From Bacteroidales bacterium (GTDB lineage: Bacteria > Bacteroidota > Bacteroidia > Bacteroidales > Tenuifilaceae), in assembly GCA_016931855.1 (NCBI GenBank), contig JAFGDZ010000041.1:1-25150 (forward strand): DNA of 25,150 bases, in the 5' to 3' direction. Positions 5,972-14,867 of this stretch are shown here, piece by piece. The stretch's first letter is position 1. Every line of letters begins with the position of its first letter. The notes under the pieces are model-generated. The model was not told where the DNA came from. It saw only the letters and a list, made by a program, of their open reading frames with translations, and searched no databases. Both the position numbers and the translations under genes were made by a program.

Positions 5972-8554
5972 TTAGAATTGAATCTTATAGCTGATATTTG
6001 GAAGAATGCCCACTACAGATAGCTTCTCTATTGCTTGCAGCTTGTCGTTGTAGATATAGCCGTACTGTCCAGTGTAGCCGCCAATGTTGAGAACTTTCAA
6101 GGAGAACTCGTGTCCAGTTTTATGCTTGTTGATTTTGTAACTAATAGTGATATCTGAAGTAAGAGCCGCAGGGAACTGACGGCTGAATGCGCGTGTCTCG
6201 TCAAATACAATGTCATGCTTACTCTCTGATGCTGCAATATCAATAGGAGTAAAATGGTCGCCGCCCTGATAGCTTAAACGAAGATTGGCGCTGAACATGT
6301 TTTGGTCGTGTTTGCCTACCATCCATTCCTTGCCAATTAGCCCATTGATAATGTATCCGCGATTATACCTTGTATCCCTCCAAACACCATCGCCCCCGGT
6401 GTATTTAGAATCGAAAACAGACCCCGATAGTAACCAGTAGTAGCCTTTATCTAGGTAGCGTTCCAGAGTAATATCGGTGCCATAGTTTACGCTTTTCCCT
6501 TTATTAATAAGCGCCCGGTCTAAATAGTAACTGTCATAGTTTATGATGGAGAAAGAGGTACCCTCTTCTACCGGAACGTTGAACAATGATTGGTAGTATG
6601 GCTCCACTTTCAGGTGGATATTGTTTGAGATTCGCCAATCGTATGATAGCACAAAGTGGTGGGCTTTGGCAAAATCTAGCTCCTTGTTTACATCATTGCC
6701 TGCCTCTTTCACAAAGTAGTAATCTAACCGTTCGCGCCGACTATGCAGTCCATAAGCGGCAGATAATGTGTGATTGGGCGCTGCTTTGTATTTAAATCCA
6801 ACCCTAGGCTCTACCGACCAGTTGTTGTTTAAGGTGAATAGCTGAGCTGTGAGGCCTACGTTTGCCGATAGCTTGTCTGTAATGTTAAACACAGAGTTAC
6901 TATAAGCCGAAACCATTATGCTTGAGCCATTGCCTTTGATGATTTGCTCAATGGGGGAGATGTTGGGTACAAGCGTTTCGCTCAGGTTATACTCTAAATC
7001 ATACAAAAGTCCAGTAACAGTAACGCCCGTTCTGTTTGTGTGGCGGTTGCTGAATTTCTTGTTGAGGTATGTGTTGAAAACTAGGTTCCAGTCGCCATTA
7101 CGTATATCTACAATGGGTTTGAGCAGGTTGTTCTCAAGCATTTTTACATCTTGCTTTGTGTGGGAATAGGTGGCAGCCAAGGAACTTCTTAGATATGTTC
7201 CTTTACCCAGAAATATCTTGTGATTTACACCTCCTGCTAGTTTAGCCAAATCTGTTTTAATATCCTGCTTATCCGAGTAGGTTGTCCAATCTATTTCCTC
7301 TAAGGGTTTAACCTTGTTGCCATCTAGTAATCCAAGCCCCCAAACAGAGAATGTTCCCGCCTTGGCTGTTGGGAAATTTAGTTTGAACGATAAATCTTGA
7401 TACTTCAAATTCAGATTCCCAATAAGTCCGCTAACCAATCCTGTTGCTGAGTAGCGGTAGTTTACAATGTATGAGCTTCCACTCTTGCTGCTTAACGGCC
7501 CTTCCGATGCAAGGTCGAGCCCTAGTAATCCGAATTGTACCGTGTGCTCATGCTTTTGGTTGTTGCCATTGCGCATAGACATATCAAACACTCCCGACAG
7601 GGCATTGCTGTACTCGGAAGGGAAGGCGCCATTAAAAAAATCGGAGTTCCCCATAACCTGGCTGCTAAGCGCCGTAAAGATACCTCCGCCTAAACCAGAC
7701 ATATCAGCAAAGTGTGTTGGGTTAGGTATCTCGATACCCTCCAAGCGCCACTGTAAAAACTGGGGCGAGTTGCCATGCACCGATATGCTGTTAGTTGCTA
7801 AGTTCCCCGCTACTCCCGCAAAAGAAGAAACCAGTCGTGCAGGGTCGTCAAAACCTCCTGCAAAGCGGTTGGTCTCCTCTACGCTGAACATCCTTGCCCC
7901 AGCTAGTGCCATGGAGTTAAGTGGCTGCTCTTTGTTGACCGCTGAACGTATTACCACTTCATCTAGGTTCATAATCCTCTCTTTTAGGGCAATCTCATTA
8001 TACCCCTCCTTTGCCGATGTTAGTAGCTGTTCCCGTATAGTTAGCGGTTCATATCCAATGGCTGAAACCTGCAAGTTATATCGGCCTATGGGGACATTGG
8101 TGATTCTAAATCGCCCTAGGGAGTCCGTTGCAGTTCCAGTGCCATCCTCATTTATCAATATGGTGATGTAGGGCAACGGCTCTCCCGAGTTTGCGTCCCT
8201 AACAACTCCCCGAACGGTTTGTGTTTTTCTTTCCGTTTTTACATCCTCTTTAACCTGGGGGATGATTATAATATGCTTTTCGTTCACTTTGTAGGTGAAC
8301 CCAGTGTCCTTAAGAATTGTGGTGAGAACCTCTGCTATAGATTTGTTCTCGAGGTTTACAGAGATTTTGTGCTCTGCATCAAACTTGGTAACATTGTATG
8401 CAATGGAGTATTTGCTCTGCGCTTCAATCTGTTCAAACACCTGTTTGTAGGTGATGTTATGCCCTGTGACAGTTATTTTGCCCTCTTGTGCGGATACGAT
8501 TGTTGAAAAAGCAATAAGTGCAAATAGATATAGATGCTTCATTAAATCTCTCAT
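5972..8554 (-). CDS. TonB-dependent receptor with N-terminal STN signalling domain and CarboxypepD_reg domain (FecA-like transducer)
   Basis: 860 aa. It has a signal peptide (LFALIAFSTIVSAQ), an STN-like segment (ITYKQVFEQIEAQSKYSIAYN...IAEVLTTILKDTGFTYKV), a CarboxypepD_reg segment (VRGVVRDANSGEPLPYITI...GRFRITNVPIGRYNLQVSAIGYEP), a plug-like region (FAGGFDDPARLVSSFAGVAG) and a C-terminal ...ISYKIQF beta-barrel terminus. An ATGA overlap links it to the upstream FecR gene. An alternative start exists at 8542. Confidence 0.8.
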   Translation of the reverse strand: MRDLMKHLYLFALIAFSTIVSAQEGKITVTGHNITYKQVFEQIEAQSKYSIAYNVTKFDAEHKISVNLENKSIAEVLTTILKDTGFTYKVNEKHIIIIPQVKEDVKTERKTQTVRGVVRDANSGEPLPYITILINEDGTGTATDSLGRFRITNVPIGRYNLQVSAIGYEPLTIREQLLTSAKEGYNEIALKERIMNLDEVVIRSAVNKEQPLNSMALAGARMFSVEETNRFAGGFDDPARLVSSFAGVAGNLATNSISVHGNSPQFLQWRLEGIEIPNPTHFADMSGLGGGIFTALSSQVMGNSDFFNGAFPSEYSNALSGVFDMSMRNGNNQKHEHTVQFGLLGLDLASEGPLSSKSGSSYIVNYRYSATGLVSGLIGNLNLKYQDLSFKLNFPTAKAGTFSVWGLGLLDGNKVKPLEEIDWTTYSDKQDIKTDLAKLAGGVNHKIFLGKGTYLRSSLAATYSHTKQDVKMLENNLLKPIVDIRNGDWNLVFNTYLNKKFSNRHTNRTGVTVTGLLYDLEYNLSETLVPNISPIEQIIKGNGSSIMVSAYSNSVFNITDKLSANVGLTAQLFTLNNNWSVEPRVGFKYKAAPNHTLSAAYGLHSRRERLDYYFVKEAGNDVNKELDFAKAHHFVLSYDWRISNNIHLKVEPYYQSLFNVPVEEGTSFSIINYDSYYLDRALINKGKSVNYGTDITLERYLDKGYYWLLSGSVFDSKYTGGDGVWRDTRYNRGYIINGLIGKEWMVGKHDQNMFSANLRLSYQGGDHFTPIDIAASESKHDIVFDETRAFSRQFPAALTSDITISYKINKHKTGHEFSLKVLNIGGYTGQYGYIYNDKLQAIEKLSVVGILPNISYKIQF

Positions 8555-9513
8555 TCTATTGTGATTGTAATATTTTTGCCGTTAGTGGTATATGTAAATC
8601 CTTCTCCTGTAACATCTTGAAATACGTTGAGGATTTGGGTTAAACTCTCATCGTTTGTGAACTTAATAGAGTACTTATCTGTGGGTAGTGACGCTTTTGA
8701 GTAGATAAAACTTACGTTAAACCTTCGTTCTAGCGCATTGAAAATATCCCCCATTGTTAGCTCGTTGAATAGTAGTGAACCATTGCGCCAAGTGGATGTG
8801 CTATCGGATACGCCCTGTAAAACAGAACTTTTGCTGGCTATGTTATAAACCAATTCCTGATTAGGTTGAAGCGTGTACTTTTCCTTAGACAGCTGAATGG
8901 CTACCTTTCCGTGTGTGAGGGTGGTGGTTACTAGCTCGTCGTTGGGATAGGTTTTTACGTTGAACTGCGTCCCTAAAACAGTTACTGAGAGGTCTTTGGT
9001 TGTAACCACAAAGCGTTTATACTCATTTCGCACCACTGAGAAATAGGCCTCGCCTGTTAGCGTAACATTTCGGAGAGAGTCGCTGAACTTATCATTATAG
9101 CTAATTTTGCTACAGGCGTTCAGCCATACCGTAGAACCATCGGGTAGTTGAATCTCTTTTTGCTCTCCCGCAAGCGTAGCTACCTCTATGGTATTAATGC
9201 TGCTGCTCTGATAAATCCATATACTTGCAATAACTATAAAAGGGATTAATGCCGCGGCAACACGGGGGAGTGTATGTTTTATAAATCGGTTGTGGTGGCT
9301 TTTTATTCCGATTTTTGCGTTTACCTCACGGAGCGATTCCCGTGTGGCCCTGTCTGCTCCACCATCTAGCTGTTCCCATATTTGGAATAGCGCCTTGTCT
9401 TTCTCCTGCGCGAACTCACTATCTACAAGCCATTGCTGGATTTTTGTATTAGTCTCCGGATTATGTTGCTTCCCGAAGTATTGGGCAATCAGTTTTGATA
9501 TGTAGTTTGCCAT
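8551..9513 (-). CDS. FecR family anti-sigma factor / transmembrane sensor
   Basis: 320 aa with an N-terminal cytoplasmic region, a single TM (AAALIPFIVIASIWIY) and a FecR domain (GEAYFSVVRNEYKRFVVTTKDLSVTVLGTQFNV). Its stop overlaps the receptor start (ATGA at 8551-8554). Confidence 0.85.
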   Translation of the reverse strand: MANYISKLIAQYFGKQHNPETNTKIQQWLVDSEFAQEKDKALFQIWEQLDGGADRATRESLREVNAKIGIKSHHNRFIKHTLPRVAAALIPFIVIASIWIYQSSSINTIEVATLAGEQKEIQLPDGSTVWLNACSKISYNDKFSDSLRNVTLTGEAYFSVVRNEYKRFVVTTKDLSVTVLGTQFNVKTYPNDELVTTTLTHGKVAIQLSKEKYTLQPNQELVYNIASKSSVLQGVSDSTSTWRNGSLLFNELTMGDIFNALERRFNVSFIYSKASLPTDKYSIKFTNDESLTQILNVFQDVTGEGFTYTTNGKNITITIE

Positions 9514-9516
9514 TGC

Positions 9517-10221
9517 TTAGAATTTTAGGTTGAGTTTACCTCCGGTTTGATAGTTCCATTTCTCTTTCTTCTTGTCATACTGATATTCGGTCTCAATGCC
9601 AAGCTGAGACCCTTTGCCAAAATTCAACACCAGTGATGCTCCTGAACTGGTTTGTGGCAACAGATTGCTAATGGTTGGGCTCATTGGGCTGTCAGTAAGA
9701 TACTGTCCCCAAGCGTTGAGGTCTAATTGATTTGTTATGGCGTAATTGATGCTGAATCTAGCTCCGGAGCGGTCGGTTCCGTATGGAAGATGGTTTGTGA
9801 ATTGCTTTACGGCAAGTAACCCGCCTGTTAACTTTAGCTTGCTGTTGGGTTTAAAGCCCAGTGCTACATAGGCAAGGTTGTAGCTTGCGAGATTTTGATA
9901 CTGTTTTTGCTCTCCCTTTGTGTAAAGAAATATCCCTTTATACAGTGGCAGTATGCCGTTATTGCCATAATGCTGAGGTGATATTTTGAAAGTTGATTTG
10001 CCTATAGTAGTGGATTCGGTTGAATTCTGGGTGCTTAGGTAATCCAGATGCATTGTTCTTGCATCAACACCAATAGGTTGCAATGGTATGTTAATGAGCT
10101 CCAGATTTATGATTGTCTGCTTCTTATCTGTAGTGAGAATGTTTTTATTGTTCTCACTTTGTGCCATTGCATGAAAAGTAATGAGCACATAGCCCGTTAT
10201 AAAAAGTAATGTTCGTTTCAT
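9517..10221 (-). CDS. Hypothetical secreted, beta-rich (outer-membrane beta-barrel-like) protein
   Basis: 234 aa. It has a signal peptide (MKRTLLFITGYVLITFHAMAQ), alternating beta-strand-like segments and a C-terminal aromatic residue (...GGKLNLKF). I recognise no family. It is wedged between the ECF sigma and FecR genes, 3 nt from the FecR start. Confidence 0.6.
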   Translation of the reverse strand: MKRTLLFITGYVLITFHAMAQSENNKNILTTDKKQTIINLELINIPLQPIGVDARTMHLDYLSTQNSTESTTIGKSTFKISPQHYGNNGILPLYKGIFLYTKGEQKQYQNLASYNLAYVALGFKPNSKLKLTGGLLAVKQFTNHLPYGTDRSGARFSINYAITNQLDLNAWGQYLTDSPMSPTISNLLPQTSSGASLVLNFGKGSQLGIETEYQYDKKKEKWNYQTGGKLNLKF

Positions 10222-10275
10222 ATTCGCTGCTTATACATGTATTACAACTTGCAGCGATAATACTCCCGACCCCGA

Positions 10276-10815
10276 TTAAAGAAAAAGGCAAAAGAATAGC
10301 GAGATTATTTTCCGAAGTTCCTGCAGTGCCAAGCTGAGCTGGTTCTCTACCGTTTTTTTGCTGATGCCTAGTGTGTTGGATATATCGTTGTTACTCATGC
10401 CCTTGTTACGGCTGAGTATGTATATTTTCTGGCGCTGTACGGGCATCCTGCTAACCGTTATCTCGGTGAGTAGGCTTATTTCGCGGGCAAAGAGCACCTC
10501 CTCAGGAGTGGCCACATCACTAGTGTATTGGAAACTATTCGTGTAAGTTTGTTCTACTAATTTATGCTTGATGAAATTAAAGGCAGCGTTTCGTGCTATA
10601 GTATAGATATATGCACCAATAGGTTTTTCTTCGTTCAGGGCTTCGCGATTTGTCCATAGCTTCACAAACACATCTTGCGCTAGCTCTTCTGCATCAGCAT
10701 CCGATTTGATAATACCATCTATAAATAGGCGTACTTTTTTGAAATAGAATAAAAACACCTCCTCAAAAGCCTTATGATTTCCCTTGCGTAAAGCTTCAAT
10801 TGTCTCTTTCTCCAT
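10276..10815 (-). CDS. ECF (sigma-70 family) RNA polymerase sigma factor, Bacteroides-type
   Basis: 179 aa. Region 2 is FEEVFLFYFKKVRLF...AEELAQDVFVKLW. Region 4 HTH is MSNNDISNTLGISKKTVENQLSLALQELR. Confidence 0.9.
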   Translation of the reverse strand: MEKETIEALRKGNHKAFEEVFLFYFKKVRLFIDGIIKSDADAEELAQDVFVKLWTNREALNEEKPIGAYIYTIARNAAFNFIKHKLVEQTYTNSFQYTSDVATPEEVLFAREISLLTEITVSRMPVQRQKIYILSRNKGMSNNDISNTLGISKKTVENQLSLALQELRKIISLFFCLFL

Positions 10816-10887
10816 TTATGTTGCTATTACATCTAATATAATACAACTAAGTAGTGTATTACACCCGATTTTTAGCTAATTGAACGA

Positions 10888-11292
10888 TTATGATTCCTTA
10901 ATCCTCAAGTAGCTCTTTCTCCCAAACGATAGGTAGTAAGCAATTGGGAGTGCGCAAATAATTAGTGGAGTTAAGTAGTATCGTTCGTTAAAGTTATTTG
11001 TAAGGCTTAGTATTGTTGGGATTATTGCAACAGGGAGCGCTGCAAGTATAACTCCAAACTTTAGCCCTTTAAGGGTTACTCGCTTGGGCTCATTATTGTC
11101 AAGATGTAGCGTAAGGGTTTGGCTACCGCACCAATCTATTTTGGCAGTAACGGCATATTCCCCTTTGGGTAGGCTAAACTCCTTGGTTTCACCTGGACTA
11201 ATTTTGCCAATTAGGTTGTTGTTTGCATAAATTCTATAGTTGCGTCCAAGGTCTAATAGCTGTGTGTTTCTGTTAATGATAAGATTCGGCAT
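10888..11292 (-). CDS. Hypothetical membrane protein
   Basis: 134 aa with an N-terminal beta-rich soluble part and two predicted TM helices (FGVILAALPVAIIPTILSL, LTPLIICALPIAYYLSF). No family recognised. Confidence 0.55.
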   Translation of the reverse strand: MPNLIINRNTQLLDLGRNYRIYANNNLIGKISPGETKEFSLPKGEYAVTAKIDWCGSQTLTLHLDNNEPKRVTLKGLKFGVILAALPVAIIPTILSLTNNFNERYYLTPLIICALPIAYYLSFGRKSYLRIKES

Positions 11293-11310
11293 TGTGTATT
11301 CTGTTAGTTT

Positions 11311-12231
11311 CTATTTTACTTTCTGCTCAATATTAAACTCAATATTCCATTCCTTTACGTACTCCTCAATTGGGCCAAGGCCAATTTCTTTGCGGCGCTG
11401 GTTTACGTATTCAGGGTCGATTAGTTTATATAGCACGTACTTACCTGTCTCTGTGTCGGTGGTTATTTGTGAGCCGTACACCTGAGGTAACCCCTTGTAC
11501 ATGTTAATTCTATCCTCTAGCATGGCTAGGTGATGGCCCATTGATTCCCCTTTTAATACCGATTCTCGCAAAAGTGGTAAGTATTTTTCCTCTATCTCCA
11601 CTGGAGCATGTTGAATAATGAGCCATAATGCTGTATTGCCCTTTTTTCCTACTAAGCTAATTCCAACCCAGCCTCTTGTTTCTATAATCTCAATAACCTC
11701 TTTTTCGTTAATGCTGTCCTGTTTGGCAATTGTTTCCCAAAAGAAGTCCATCTCTTCCGAGCCTCTTTCAAAATTTTCTAACGCCTCATTGTAAAGCAGC
11801 CGTAGGGTTTGATCCTTAACATATATTTTCTCCAACTTTTCCTTTAGGGGCTTATCAAAGTTTTTTTCGTACTCGTCTAGGTTGGCTTGTACTAGTTCAA
11901 GTATGCTATTCCACTGCGATGTTTCCCTAAGCCCTTTTAAGTCGGAGTCCTTACTCATCCACTTTGTGTTATTATACCCAGCGTTAGCTGCTTCCCTTAA
12001 AAGCGATAGTGCGCTTGTTGTATCGTTCCCTAGTGAGCATGCGCAAGCTGCGTTGTAGTATATGTCAGCATCGCGTTTTTCGTGTTGCAGGGCCTGTTGG
12101 TAGGTTTTGCAAGCATCGCCGTACTTTTTCATGCTTAGCAGGCTATCGGCTTTGCTTAGTAGCACGTTTTGCTGTTGGGCGTATATTGTTCCGCTAATTA
12201 CAGTGGCTAATAGAAGTGGAAAAAATTTCAT
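11311..12231 (-). CDS. Secreted protein with N-terminal TPR-like region and DUF6624-like C-terminal domain
   Basis: 306 aa. It has a signal peptide (MKFFPLLLATVISGTIYAQ) and a TPR-like helix pair (YGDACKTYQQAL...YYNAACACSLGN). The C-terminal part (GWVGISLVGKKGNTALWLIIQHAP...LAMLEDRINMYKGLPQVYGSQ...NQRRKEIGLGPIEEY) resembles DUF6624 from memory. Confidence 0.6.
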   Translation of the reverse strand: MKFFPLLLATVISGTIYAQQQNVLLSKADSLLSMKKYGDACKTYQQALQHEKRDADIYYNAACACSLGNDTTSALSLLREAANAGYNNTKWMSKDSDLKGLRETSQWNSILELVQANLDEYEKNFDKPLKEKLEKIYVKDQTLRLLYNEALENFERGSEEMDFFWETIAKQDSINEKEVIEIIETRGWVGISLVGKKGNTALWLIIQHAPVEIEEKYLPLLRESVLKGESMGHHLAMLEDRINMYKGLPQVYGSQITTDTETGKYVLYKLIDPEYVNQRRKEIGLGPIEEYVKEWNIEFNIEQKVK

Positions 12232-12351
12232 GGATTAAATTGGGGTTTGTTTTGTTCTCTAAAAGTATTAAGCAACTTGAGATACTTTCTCTGTCGATGA
12301 ACTTTTTTGCTGCTCAGAAAACGAATTCTCATAGTTAACCGCTTTATTCCC

Positions 12352-12359
12352 TACCTTTG
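12352..12359 (+). promoter_or_regulatory. Candidate -7 promoter box (TAnnTTTG) for the helicase gene
   Basis: TACCTTTG at 12352-12359, 24 nt upstream of the TTG start at 12384. No clear -33 TTTG at the expected spacing. Confidence 0.35.
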
Positions 12360-12383
12360 CACCACACATAATATCCATAACAG

Positions 12384-13691
12384 TTGATAGATTCCATTCT
12401 AAGCCGCTTAGGGTTTACATCCCTAATGCCCATGCAGAAGGCTGCCATTTCTGCCATCGCCCAAAACGATAGGGTTATTCTGCTCTCGCCAACAGGCTCG
12501 GGCAAAACGCTGGCATACCTTATTCCTGCCATCGATTTTATCAATCAGCAACAGGAGGGCGTGCAGGTTCTGGTAATTGCCCCTTCGCGCGAGCTGGTGC
12601 TGCAAATTGAGCAGTACTTTAAGGGTATGGGTACGGGCATTAAGGTGAACGGTTGCTATGGTGGTCACCCCATGTGGATTGAGGAGCAGAACCTAACCCA
12701 GCCCCCAGCCCTACTGGTGGGCACTCCCGGTAGGCTAGTGGATCACCTGCAGAGCCAGAATTTTAACCCCGCATCGGTTGGTATGGTTATCCTGGATGAG
12801 TTTGATAAGGCGCTGGAGTTCGGCTTTCATAACGAGATGTCGGCCATACTGCAAATGCTGCCCAACGTAACCAAGCGCGTGCTTATATCGGCCACCCAAA
12901 CCGATACGCTCCCTGAATTTGCTGGTATGGATAACGCCACCACGCTTAGCTTTTTACCCGAAGCAGAGCAGGAGGCGCAGCTAACCCTCCATGTTGTACG
13001 CTCAACCGAGCGCGATAAGGCCTACACGCTGCTACACCTGCTGTACCACCTAAAGGGCGAGCAATCTATTGTGTTCCTTAATCATCGCGAGGCGGTGGAG
13101 CGCATTCATAATATTCTTGCCGACAATGGCATCCACGGCTCATTTTACCACGGGGGGCTCGATCAGCATGTGCGTGAGCGCGCGTTGGTTAAGTTCCGCA
13201 ACGGTAGCGCCAATGTGTTAATTTGTACCGATTTGGCCTCGCGCGGCCTCGATATTCCCGAGGTAAGGCATATTATTCACTACCACCTCCCAACCACCGA
13301 GGATGCCTTTGTGCACCGCAATGGGCGTACTGCCCGAATGAACGCTACGGGCGCGTCGTACCTTGTGCTAAGCGGCGAGGAGGGTGTTCCTGCCTACATT
13401 GCCGAGGAGCCCACGGAGCTTATGCTACCCAGCAACCTTTTACCTCCCAATCCACCGCGCTTTACTACCCTTTACATAGGCAAGGGCAAAAAGGATAAGG
13501 TGAATAAGGTTGATGTGGTGGGATTCCTTACTCAAAAGGGTGGCCTGCGTAAAGATGAGATTGGGCTTATTGAGAGCAAGGATTTCTTTACCTATGTGGC
13601 CGTGGCATCGGACTGCGTCCCAAATCTACTAATGCGCGTTAAAACCGAGCGCATCAAGAACATGAAAACGGTAATAGAGGTATCGCTTTAG
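12384..13691 (+). CDS. DEAD-box ATP-dependent RNA helicase with C-terminal DbpA-type RNA-binding domain (DEFD variant)
   Basis: 435 aa. Helicase motifs: I SPTGSGKTLAY, Ia PSRELVLQ, Ib GTPGR, II ILDEFD, III SAT, V CTDLASRGLDIP, VI HRNGRTAR. The C-terminal TLYIGKGKKDKVNKVDVVGFL...IGLIESKDFFTYVAV is a DbpA-like domain. A TAA at 12378-12380 means only a TTG start (12384) covers the N-terminus; the first ATG is at codon 15. Confidence 0.9.
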   Translation: MIDSILSRLGFTSLMPMQKAAISAIAQNDRVILLSPTGSGKTLAYLIPAIDFINQQQEGVQVLVIAPSRELVLQIEQYFKGMGTGIKVNGCYGGHPMWIEEQNLTQPPALLVGTPGRLVDHLQSQNFNPASVGMVILDEFDKALEFGFHNEMSAILQMLPNVTKRVLISATQTDTLPEFAGMDNATTLSFLPEAEQEAQLTLHVVRSTERDKAYTLLHLLYHLKGEQSIVFLNHREAVERIHNILADNGIHGSFYHGGLDQHVRERALVKFRNGSANVLICTDLASRGLDIPEVRHIIHYHLPTTEDAFVHRNGRTARMNATGASYLVLSGEEGVPAYIAEEPTELMLPSNLLPPNPPRFTTLYIGKGKKDKVNKVDVVGFLTQKGGLRKDEIGLIESKDFFTYVAVASDCVPNLLMRVKTERIKNMKTVIEVSL

Positions 13692-13700
13692 CGATTATCA

Positions 13701-13708
13701 TATATTTG
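13701..13708 (+). promoter_or_regulatory. Candidate -7 promoter box (TAnnTTTG) for the AraC-family gene
   Basis: TATATTTG at 13701-13708, 22 nt upstream of the ATG at 13731 and just after the helicase stop. Confidence 0.35.
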
Positions 13709-13730
13709 TAGGAATAATAGGGGCTAAACA

Positions 13731-14867
13731 ATGAATGTGGTTTACATCATAGGGATATTTCTTTCGCTTTTCCTCTCGTTCCTTCTCCTTACCAAAAAGG
13801 GGAAGGGGCTACCCGATAAGGTTTTAGCCATATGGATGGCTGTTGTGGGGCTACACCTATTTAGCTACTACATATACTACTTAGGCTACTGGGGGAAATT
13901 CCCGCATCTAATTGGTGTGTTTGCTCCAGTGCCCCTTCTTCATGGCCCCCTATGCTATTTGTATGCTCTGTTCTCTATTCGTAAGGAGCGGCGGTTAAGG
14001 GCTTTGGATTTTGCCCACTTTATTCCCTTGGTGGCCGCATACCTTTACATGATTCCCTTCTTCCTGTTCACAGCCGAGCAAAAGGTACTTGTTGATAAAG
14101 GGTTGATTGACGATTTTGGCACCTTTACGGAGCTGCTGCTGGTTGCTTTTGCTGTATCCGGATTAAGCTACTCGGTACTTTCCTATAGGCTTATTGGCAG
14201 GTACCAACGGTTAATTGGGAATAACTTCTCATACGATGAGCAAATAGACCTTTCCTGGCTACGCTACTGCATTTGGGGCATTGCGGCTATTTTTATTGTT
14301 GTAACCATTGGCTCAATTCTAACCGAGGGGTTAAGGCTTAACCTTGGCTTCGATATCAACATAGTTTACTACTCCCTTGTGGTGATTTTTATTTTATGCA
14401 TTGGCTACTTTGGCATTAGGCATAGGGATATTTTTTCTGATAATGTGCAGCAGCCAAGCCTGCAAATCTATGAGCCCAAAACTCAGGGTGAGTACAAAAA
14501 GTCGGGGTTGGATAGCGATACCGCAGCATTGCTGCATAAGGAGCTTATTAGGGTGATGGAGTCCCAAAAGTTGTACCTTGAGCCTAAGCTTACCCTTGGC
14601 ACTCTTGCCGAGCAGCTAAAGGTATCGGTAAACCACCTTTCGCAGGTTATTAACCAGTACGAGGGTGTAAATTTTCACGATTTTGTAAATAGGTATAGGG
14701 TTGATGAGTTTAAGAGCCGCATTGCCAATCCCAAGTACAAGGGATTTAGCCTGCTGGCTATAGCTTTCGATTCTGGTTTTAACTCCAAATCATCCTTTAA
14801 CCAAATCTTTAAAAAATCAACAGGGCTTACCCCATCTCAATACCTTGAGCGTTCTGCAAAGGGGTAA
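13731..14867 (+). CDS. Membrane-anchored AraC/XylS family transcriptional regulator
   Basis: 378 aa. The N-terminal ~230 aa carry multiple predicted TM helices. The C-terminal double HTH is LTLGTLAEQLKVSVNHLSQVINQ ... LLAIAFDSGFNSKSSFNQIFKKSTGLTPSQY. Confidence 0.85.
   Translation: MNVVYIIGIFLSLFLSFLLLTKKGKGLPDKVLAIWMAVVGLHLFSYYIYYLGYWGKFPHLIGVFAPVPLLHGPLCYLYALFSIRKERRLRALDFAHFIPLVAAYLYMIPFFLFTAEQKVLVDKGLIDDFGTFTELLLVAFAVSGLSYSVLSYRLIGRYQRLIGNNFSYDEQIDLSWLRYCIWGIAAIFIVVTIGSILTEGLRLNLGFDINIVYYSLVVIFILCIGYFGIRHRDIFSDNVQQPSLQIYEPKTQGEYKKSGLDSDTAALLHKELIRVMESQKLYLEPKLTLGTLAEQLKVSVNHLSQVINQYEGVNFHDFVNRYRVDEFKSRIANPKYKGFSLLAIAFDSGFNSKSSFNQIFKKSTGLTPSQYLERSAKG

Noticed and set aside
6586-8506. Several antisense ORFs lie inside the first TonB-dependent receptor gene: 6586..6795, 6918..7169, 7467..8171 and 8219..8506.
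   Set aside because: They lie fully inside a well-supported 860-aa CDS on the opposite strand, have Ser/Leu/Pro/Cys-rich junk-like sequences, and have no recognisable domains.
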